Shown: positions 55,150 to 64,000 of the stretch, in pieces | Numbering within the stretch: position 1 is the first letter of the stretch | Layout: each line of letters opens with the position of its first letter | DNA from: Burkholderiales bacterium | Lineage (GTDB): Bacteria > Pseudomonadota > Gammaproteobacteria > Burkholderiales > Burkholderiaceae_C | Direction of reading: 5' to 3' | DNA: 64,000 bases | NCBI GenBank assembly: GCA_016191995.1 | Contig: JACPVA010000186.1 | Location: 57,670-121,669 of the forward strand | Translations under genes and position numbers: made by a program | The notes under the pieces: generated by a model | What the model was told of the DNA's origin: nothing | What the model saw: only the letters and a program-made list of their open reading frames with translations | The model's database searches: none

Positions 55150-55892
55150 ACGTCAGACCGTTCTCCTGTGCGTATCTGCCTGCGTTGCGGGTGAACGAGA
55201 CACGAATCGAGCTCGGCTACCGATCGGCGGACGAGGGCCAGAGGGCACGGACGGCGAGTGAGTTCGGAGCGCTGATGTTGTCGATGGCGCATGTGGGCAG
55301 CCACGGTGGATTCAGCGGCGATCAGTTCCATCCTCGTGATTCCAACGTCGCCGTTCGCGATGCCGTAGCTGGAAGCGGCGAGTTCGCTTGGTCATTCGTG
55401 CACTCGAATGTCGGATCGGAGCTCGTGATCGCCTTGGAGAACCTGGCCCATGCCCTGCATTTCCGCGATCGCGATCTGGACGGGGTCAAGATCTGGACGG
55501 CGTTGAGCGCTCAGAGCCAAGGCCTGATGCCTCGAGCCATGAAGCGTTATCAGCCCGTGCCATTCGAATACCTATATGAGGTGGTGTCGCCGACGGTCGT
55601 CGTCGACGTCGAGTTCTCGGACCGGCAGGACGTTCAGCGAATGCAAGTATGTCGCGACGCGTTCGATGCGTGGTATGCGGTGGCGGCCGCCGGCGGGTTC
55701 GCGGACGAGGAGTTCCGCCCGTCAGGCGAAACTGCGATCTTCATCGAGAATGAGCTGCAGATCACGTCAATCGGGATGCAAGTGGTCTACGCGCGCGCTC
55801 AGGTTGGCGAGTCTGGGTTCAATGTACTGACGAACGTGCTGACGCACCTTCATTGCTCAGTCGCTCGTTTGGAGCTAGTGGAAATCGCTTGA
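55146..55892 (+). CDS. Hypothetical protein, possible second immunity protein
   Basis: 248 aa, ATGA-coupled, low GC like the effector tip. Confidence 0.6.
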   Translation: MNVRPFSCAYLPALRVNETRIELGYRSADEGQRARTASEFGALMLSMAHVGSHGGFSGDQFHPRDSNVAVRDAVAGSGEFAWSFVHSNVGSELVIALENLAHALHFRDRDLDGVKIWTALSAQSQGLMPRAMKRYQPVPFEYLYEVVSPTVVVDVEFSDRQDVQRMQVCRDAFDAWYAVAAAGGFADEEFRPSGETAIFIENELQITSIGMQVVYARAQVGESGFNVLTNVLTHLHCSVARLELVEIA

Positions 55893-56038
55893 CGACAGAA
55901 TGCTCGCCGAGACCCCGGCCGGGTGAGGGTCAGGTCTTAAGTCGATAGCCGCAACCGAAATCTCTGAAGCTGAGGGCCAGTCCTGGATCGATACGGCACG
56001 CTCTGGGCGCTCATGGCTTGCCCAACAAGGAGACCGCA

Positions 56039-56935
56039 ATGCCCCTGCACCTACCACCCAAGAACGCTCCCGCCACCCCCGACAGCATCGCCGCCCTGAA
56101 CCAGGCCCTGACCTCGGTCATCGCCGGCCACCCGGGCGCCGTCGAGCCGTGGACCTTCTACGAGGTGCTCGACGCCTATCTGGGCCCCTGGGGTATGCAG
56201 GGCTACCCGATCGGCTACGGCAAGGTCTACTGCATGGCGTTCAACGGCAACGAGGCGCTGGCGCGCAACCCGCAGACCCGCGAGTGGGTGCGCAAGACCA
56301 CCGTCGCGCTGCAGGAGCCTTTGCGCGACCTGGTGGTCGCGCGGTTCCGGGCCGGCACCCTCGCGAAGCTGACCGAACCGGAGCTGCGGGCCCACGCTTT
56401 CGCCGTCCACCCGCAGGCCTACACCCAGGGCGGGCTGACGATGGTGGTGCTGACCGCCCCACAGCTGCTGCCGGTCATCGCGACGATTCCGCACAAGGAG
56501 TTCAGCCCGGCGTCGGAGAACTTCGGCGCCACCATCAAGCAGGTGGCGGCGACGATCGACACCGTGCTGCCGCAGGCTGCGGGCACGGTGCTGGCGGCGA
56601 TGATGCCCGCGCACTCGGGCCTGTTCGCGCGGGCCGCGCAGCGCGACGCCCAGCAGTTCCGCGGCCAGATGGCGCTCAACCAGTGGCTCGCGAACGCGCG
56701 GCGCCAGCTCGACAACGGCGAACTGGACAGCATGGTGCTGCTGACGCGGCTGACCGATCGGCTCAACGCCACCCAGTTCAACGACCAGGGCCTGGCCGCC
56801 GCGGCGCGCCAGGTGGTGCTGGCCGCCGATGCCCGCAAGCGCAAGCTCGCGGCCTACTACCGCGACCAGATCGCGAAGAACCCCGCCCTCGCGCCGCAGG
56901 TCGACCGGCTGCAGCCGGGCTGGAGAAGTTGGTGA
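56039..56935 (+). CDS. Hypothetical protein
   Basis: 298 aa, AAGGAG RBS, host-like codon usage. Confidence 0.7.
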   Translation: MPLHLPPKNAPATPDSIAALNQALTSVIAGHPGAVEPWTFYEVLDAYLGPWGMQGYPIGYGKVYCMAFNGNEALARNPQTREWVRKTTVALQEPLRDLVVARFRAGTLAKLTEPELRAHAFAVHPQAYTQGGLTMVVLTAPQLLPVIATIPHKEFSPASENFGATIKQVAATIDTVLPQAAGTVLAAMMPAHSGLFARAAQRDAQQFRGQMALNQWLANARRQLDNGELDSMVLLTRLTDRLNATQFNDQGLAAAARQVVLAADARKRKLAAYYRDQIAKNPALAPQVDRLQPGWRSW

Positions 56936-57121
56936 GCGCCATGCGCGGCGCGCCAATGCTCAGCGATGAATTCGACACTCCGCCAGCGCGTGGCCCGGTC
57001 CTTGATTTCGCATCGACATGAGTATCTGCGCTCCGTTCAGCAACCGGCGCGCACTACCCCCTTGCGCCGATTGACGCACAATCAGTGCTACACGGATGCT
57101 GTGTCCATAGAGAGGTCAAGA

Positions 57122-57397
57122 ATGTCCAACCTCACCTTGGTCATCGACGATGCTTTGCTGAAGGAAGCCCGCATCAAGGCGCTCCAGGACGACACCAGCG
57201 TCAACGAGATCTGCCGTCGCGCGATCGAGCAATACGTTGGTCGGGGCCCGGATGATGTCGAGCGCCGCGTGGCGGGTTTGCGTGCCAGCTTTGCGCACGC
57301 GCTGCCCAGGCCGGCCGATGCGCCGCCCGCGTGGCAGGGGCGCTCGGCGCTCTACGGAGAGCGCATGCACGAACTCGATCGGCGCCGCCGCAAGTGA
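57122..57397 (+). CDS. RHH-type antitoxin (VapB-like)
   Basis: MSNLTLVIDDALLKEARIKALQDDTSVNEICRRAIEQY. Confidence 0.8.
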   Translation: MSNLTLVIDDALLKEARIKALQDDTSVNEICRRAIEQYVGRGPDDVERRVAGLRASFAHALPRPADAPPAWQGRSALYGERMHELDRRRRK

Positions 57398-57882
57398 AGG
57401 CGTTCTTCGACACCAACGTCGTCGTCTACGCCTATGACGGCAATGCCGGGTCGAAGCGGGGACGTGCCATTGCGCTGATCGAGGCGCACGTGCGGTCCGC
57501 TTCCCTTGTGCTGAGCACGCAGGTTCTTCTCGAGGCCTACAACGCGCTCGTGCGTGCGGCCCTGCTCGACAAGGAGGGCGCGCTTGCCGTCGTCGAGGCC
57601 TTGGCGGAGGAACGTGTCGTCACCACCGACGCCGCGTTCGTGGTGCGTGCCATTCGGCTGGCCCAGCGGCATCGGCTTTCCCACTGGGACGGCATGATCG
57701 TGCAAGCCGCGGTCGATGCCGGATGCACCGTGCTGTTCAGCGAAGACCTGCACGCGGGCATGCGCTTCGGCGATGTGGAAGTCGTGAATCCGTTCTTGGA
57801 CGCCGTTCGCCAACCCCAGCCAAGCCAAGCCACCAGCACCGGCAAGCGCGAGGCGCCGGTTCGCAAGTCGCGTCGCAAGTGA
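57394..57882 (+). CDS. vapC: PIN-domain toxin (VapC-like)
   Basis: FFDTNVVVYA...LSTQVLLE...SHWDGMIVQAA...LFSED. Confidence 0.9.
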   Translation: MKAFFDTNVVVYAYDGNAGSKRGRAIALIEAHVRSASLVLSTQVLLEAYNALVRAALLDKEGALAVVEALAEERVVTTDAAFVVRAIRLAQRHRLSHWDGMIVQAAVDAGCTVLFSEDLHAGMRFGDVEVVNPFLDAVRQPQPSQATSTGKREAPVRKSRRK

Positions 57883-58156
57883 ACAGGGCACTGATCTCGT
57901 CCACCGCGAGTTCCCCCAGCTGCGGATCGTCGATCGCCATGCCTATCGGTTTCGTCACCGCCGGCGCATCGCTGTGCTTGAACGCCGCGCCGACACACGC
58001 CTTCGTGTCGCCCCTCATCGACCCGAACGACCTCACGCACACCGACCGCAGCGCCTTCGGCCTTGTATTCGGGCGCTGCCGTGGGCGCTGCCGTTGACCG
58101 CTCGTTGAAGCCGCTGGACACTGCCGGCCGACATCAGCCCTTGCCAGGAGCCCGAC

Positions 58157-58750
58157 ATGAACCCGGCGAACGATCCCGGCCGCGCACGGCGCGGCATGCT
58201 GGCGATGCGTCCGATCGCTTTCGTCGTCGCCGTGGCCGCCGCTGGCTGCGGCAAGACGGAGCCCCCGGCGCCCGCGGCAGGCCCCCAGGCCGTCCCGTCC
58301 GCGCCGGCCGGCCCCGCGGCGGCGCCGACGTCGACGGCCAGCCTGGACGTCTGCGGTCTGCTGCCCTCCGACCGGCTCGCCGCCGTCATCCCGGGCCACG
58401 ACGGCGGCAGCGCGAGCGGGGATGCATCGCTGCTCGCCGGCGTGAAGAGCCTGCAGTGCAACGTCACCGCCGCGCGCGGCAACGACGTCGACCTGCTGAC
58501 GCTGGTCGTCTCCGTCGCCTCGACCGACGCCCTGCTGGAGCAGATCCGGCCTTCGGGATCTGCCTTCGACGACGAGGACAAGATCGCCGTCGGCGACGGC
58601 GGGTGGATCAAGCGCGGCGCTGGCGACGAGGTCGAGATCGTCGCCAGCAAGGGGCGTTCGGTCCTGCGGCTGACGCTGCTCGCGCCCGCTGCCAGCGCCC
58701 GCGCCGACGCGCTGGTCGCGCTGGCCGCAGTGGTCGCCGCCCGGCTGTAA
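58157..58750 (+). CDS. Putative lipoprotein
   Basis: Hydrophobic signal ending AAGC; LDVCGLL...C motif. Confidence 0.65.
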   Translation: MNPANDPGRARRGMLAMRPIAFVVAVAAAGCGKTEPPAPAAGPQAVPSAPAGPAAAPTSTASLDVCGLLPSDRLAAVIPGHDGGSASGDASLLAGVKSLQCNVTAARGNDVDLLTLVVSVASTDALLEQIRPSGSAFDDEDKIAVGDGGWIKRGAGDEVEIVASKGRSVLRLTLLAPAASARADALVALAAVVAARL

Positions 58751-58845
58751 GCGTGCGCGCTGCCGGCGGCGCTCGGCGGCGCGCGACCGCGACCCTGCCC
58801 GATGATCGCCACCTCGGCTGCACGCCGCCACGCCCGGTCAAGCCC

Positions 58846-59487
58846 ATGGACATGCTGATCCGCCTGTACGCGCTGCTGCCGCAGGCGCCGGCCGATACCG
58901 GCGCCGGCGTCGCGCCCGCTGCTGCGCCGCCGGTACCGTCGCCGATCGCCTCCGGCCTGCTCCGAGCCGGCCCGGGCGATCCGCCCGCCGTGACCCTGCG
59001 CAAGCCGATCGGCCCCGAGCACGACCTGATCGTCGCCTGGGTCGGTCGCGAGTTCGGCCCCGGCTGGGCGAGCGAGGCGTGCGTCGCGCTCGGCAACAGG
59101 CCGGTGTCGCTGTTCGTGGCCGTCGAGTCGGCCCCAGGCGATCGCATGCCCGCCACGACCCAGGCGGCCGCGCCGTCGGCCGCCACGACGACCGAACCCG
59201 CCGCGCGGCCAGGCCCAACGCCGGCCCTCCTCGGCTTCGCCTGCTACGACGCCACCGCGCGCGGCATGGTCGGCCCGATCGGCGTCGCCGACGCGGCGCG
59301 CGGGCGCGGCGTCGGCGCCGCGCTGCTGCGCGCGTGCCTGCGCGACATGCACGCCGCCGGCTACGCCTACGCGGTCGCGGGCGGGGTCGGCGCGCCCGGA
59401 TTCTTCCGCCGCGTCGCCGGCGCGGTCGAGATCCCGGATTCCTCGCCCGGCCCCTATGCCGGGATGCTGCGCCACGGCCCGGATTGA
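58846..59487 (+). CDS. GNAT N-acetyltransferase, copy 1
   Basis: 213 aa; GFACYDATARGMVGPIGVADAARGRGVGAALL acetyl-CoA motif. Confidence 0.88.
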   Translation: MDMLIRLYALLPQAPADTGAGVAPAAAPPVPSPIASGLLRAGPGDPPAVTLRKPIGPEHDLIVAWVGREFGPGWASEACVALGNRPVSLFVAVESAPGDRMPATTQAAAPSAATTTEPAARPGPTPALLGFACYDATARGMVGPIGVADAARGRGVGAALLRACLRDMHAAGYAYAVAGGVGAPGFFRRVAGAVEIPDSSPGPYAGMLRHGPD

Positions 59488-59574
59488 TCACCCGATGTGC
59501 CCGGTGCGACCTTGGCGCCCTGTCCATCATCCCAGGCTCTTTGACATCATCGCACCATGATGCAATGATGCAGC

Positions 59575-59817
59575 ATGCGCACGACCATCGATCTCCCTTC
59601 CGATCTGCATGACGCCATCTCGTCCATCGCGGCCCAGAACCGGCGCAGCCTGAGCCGGACGGTCGCCGACCTGATCCGCCGCGGCTTGGCCGTGCCAGGC
59701 GGCGGCGACGCCGACTCGGCGGGCCAGCTGCGGATCAGCCCGCCCACCGGCCTGCCGCTCGTCCGCTCGGCGCGGCCCGTGAGCGCGGAGGACGTGCGCG
59801 CGCTGGAGGACGAGTAG
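59575..59817 (+). CDS. RHH antitoxin (VapB-like)
   Basis: MRTTIDLPSDLHDAISSIAAQNRRSLSRTVADLIRRGL. Confidence 0.85.
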   Translation: MRTTIDLPSDLHDAISSIAAQNRRSLSRTVADLIRRGLAVPGGGDADSAGQLRISPPTGLPLVRSARPVSAEDVRALEDE

Positions 59818-60245
59818 TGCCGTCGCGCCCCCGCGCGCCGTCGGCGCCGGTGCATCTGCTGGACGGCAACGTGCTGTACGCGCTGATCGACGAAGCCCAT
59901 GTGCACCATGCGGCGGCGCAGCGATGGTTCGCGGCCTTCCCGGGCGACTTCGCGACCTGCCCGATCACCCAGGGCACGCTGCTGCGGCTCGCGATGCGCC
60001 TGGCCGAACGCAGCTTGGCGCAGGCGCTGGCGCTCCTGCAAGCGGTGTCCGACCATCCCAGACATCGCTTCTGGCCCGATGAGCTGGCCTACGCCGACGT
60101 CCGCTGGCACGGCGTCATCGGGCACCGCCAGGTGACCGACGCGTACCTGGCGGCACTGGCCCGGCACCACGGCGCGAAGCTGGCCACCTTCGACCGGGGG
60201 CTTGTCGCGCTTCATCCCGACGTCGGCGCGGCCTTGTTGGCCTGA
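59817..60245 (+). CDS. vapC: VapC-family PIN ribonuclease toxin
   Basis: LLDGNVLYAL...HHAAAQRWF...TCPITQGTLLR...VTDAYLAALA...LATFDRG. Confidence 0.9.
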   Translation: MPSRPRAPSAPVHLLDGNVLYALIDEAHVHHAAAQRWFAAFPGDFATCPITQGTLLRLAMRLAERSLAQALALLQAVSDHPRHRFWPDELAYADVRWHGVIGHRQVTDAYLAALARHHGAKLATFDRGLVALHPDVGAALLA

Positions 60246-60517
60246 CCTGTCGAGACCGCGCGGGCGGTCAGACCCGGCCGTGAGGTGCTCCGCGGGGCCC
60301 GCGCGCCTCGACATGTCCGCCGCGGTTTCGATCCTGCCGAGCTCCCGGGTCCGCTGCCACGGGGATTCGTCTTGACCGGCTCGCAACTGACGCTCCGCGC
60401 CACGATGGCGGCAACTCGATCGGCGACGCGACGCGGCTCGTCGCCCGATGACCACAAGCCGGTTGCGTGCCCGATGATCGCCACCTCGGCTGCCCGCCGT
60501 CCCACCCGACCCCGCCC

Positions 60518-61159
60518 ATGGACATGCTGGTCCACCAGGACGCGCTGCCGCCGCAGGCCCTGACCCATGCCGACACGGGCGCTGCGCCCGACGCGGTGCC
60601 GCCTGCACGGTCGCCGATCAGCCCGCACCCACCGCAAGGCGGTCCGGGCGACCCACCCGTCGTGACCGTCCGCAAGCCGATCGGCCCCGAGCACGACCTG
60701 ACCGTCGCCTGGGTCGCCCGCAGCTTCGGCCCCGGCTGGGCGAGCGAGGTGCGCGTGGCGCTCGACCCACGGCCGGTGACGCTCTTCGTCGCCGTCGGGT
60801 CGTATCCGGCCGACCCTGCTGCGTTCGCGGCACAAGCAGGCGTGCCGCCGGACGGCACAACGACCGAACGCGCAGCGCAGCCAAGCCAGGCGCCGGCCCT
60901 GCTCGGCTTCGCCTGCTACGACGCCACCGCGCGCGGCATGGTCGGCCCGATCGGCGTCGCCGACGCGGCGCGCGGGCGCGGCGTCGGTGCGGCGCTGCTG
61001 CGCGCGTGCCTGCGCGACATGCACGCCGCCGGCTACGCCTACGCGGTCGCGGGCGGGGTCGGCGCGCCCGGGTTCTTCCGCCGCGTCGCCGGCGCGGTCG
61101 AGATCCCGGACTCCTCGCCTGGCCCCTATGCCGGGATGCTGCGCTACGGCCCGGATTGA
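60518..61159 (+). CDS. GNAT N-acetyltransferase, copy 2
   Basis: 213 aa paralog of 58846-59487. Confidence 0.88.
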   Translation: MDMLVHQDALPPQALTHADTGAAPDAVPPARSPISPHPPQGGPGDPPVVTVRKPIGPEHDLTVAWVARSFGPGWASEVRVALDPRPVTLFVAVGSYPADPAAFAAQAGVPPDGTTTERAAQPSQAPALLGFACYDATARGMVGPIGVADAARGRGVGAALLRACLRDMHAAGYAYAVAGGVGAPGFFRRVAGAVEIPDSSPGPYAGMLRYGPD

Positions 61160-61398
61160 TCGCCCGATGCGCCCGGGCGTGACCTTGGTCCTTTGCCAGC
61201 CGGCGCCTCAGGCGCGATGCTCGCGCCGCATGCGCATCGCGCGGCCGGCATGTCCACGTGCGGCGTGCGCCACCTTGTCATCGCCCGCCGTCCGCCTGCC
61301 GCCCACGGTCCCCTGACTGCCCGCAACGCCGTATCCTGCTGGCCTCGACGCGCCCGACCCCTTACGCGCCCCAGCGACCCACGCCGACCGCAGCCCCG

Positions 61399-63572
<2,174 letters not shown>

Positions 63573-63576
<4 letters not shown>

Positions 63577-64000
63577 CCGTGTCGCGCGGCCCGGCGGACG
63601 CGATCCGCAGCGTGCGCATCGCGGCGGCGACGCTCGCGCTGCTCGTTTTCGCCGGCTGCGCCAGCGCGCCGCCGCCGCCGCCGGGCTGGACGCGGCGGCC
63701 GGTGCCGGCGACTGCCGCAGCGCCACCGGATGCCGTCGACCGCTGGCCGGGGGCGAACGGCCAGGTGGCGGGGCGCCACGAGCGGCTGCTGGTCTACGTG
63801 CCAGGCGGCGGCGATACGCTGGAGGGGATCGCCGCGCGCTTCTACGGTAGCGCGGCCGAGGCCTGGCGCCTCGCCGAGGCCAACGCTGCCGCGTGGTCGC
63901 CGCCGTCCGCGGGCCATCCGCTCGTCGTGCCGCTGGTGGAGGCCGACCCGCTGGGCGTCGGGTCCGGCGGCGCCCAGCTCGTCCCGGTGCTGTGCTACCA
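63573..64000 (+). CDS. Lipoprotein with LysM-like domain and probable polysaccharide deacetylase domain (partial)
   Basis: Manual translation from GTG 63573: lipobox FAGC, GDTLEGIAARFYG...WRLAEAN, ends VPVLCY(H). Confidence 0.65.

Larger units (their letters stand above)
58796..61187 (+). repeat. Tandem duplication (offset 1672 bp) of a GNAT gene unit flanking vapBC
   Basis: 26-bp identical block at 58796/60468; ATGs 58846/60518; near-identical 59221-59487/60893-61159; all at offset 1672. Confidence 0.9.

Noticed and set aside
36412-55892. T6SS lacking the membrane complex (tssJ/K/L/M)
   Set aside because: These genes may lie beyond the window edge; absence cannot be concluded
57883-58130. 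Protein-like minus-strand fragment (...PIGMAIDDPQLGELAVDEISALF...) as a pseudogene
   Set aside because: No start, RBS or recognisable family; cannot be supported without a search

Overview
High-GC (roughly 70% by eye) window, probably from a Burkholderiales-like betaproteobacterium (inference from gene content). Positions 1-~32.4 kb are part of a temperate, probably siphovirus-type prophage whose other end lies left of the window. Left to right it holds: tape measure, tail chaperones with a -1 frameshift, tail tube, capsid and scaffold; an oppositely oriented portal/fibre/connector block; a MuF-toxin/immunity pair; terminase; replication genes; a cI/cro switch with readable operators; a RelE-XRE toxin-antitoxin (TA) pair; an early operon with RecT/YqaJ; and a large serine integrase whose last codons overlap an initiator tRNA-Met (32391-32467). 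The host side holds a two-component pair, a PG-binding/CHAP protein, a type VI secretion (T6SS) cluster (tssABC, two hcp, tagJ, tssEFG, clpV, vgrG, DUF2169 adaptor module, PAAR-like nuclease effector plus DUF3396 immunity), two VapBC modules, a tandem GNAT duplication, and a HAMP-containing Ser/Thr kinase. The most notable unexplained structure is a short array of integron attC-like sites, with no intI in the window, flanking small AT-richer genes in the phage early operon (28.47-29.78 kb). Also notable is a symmetric bidirectional late-promoter candidate between scaffold and portal. All family assignments come from motif recognition and recall, not database searches.
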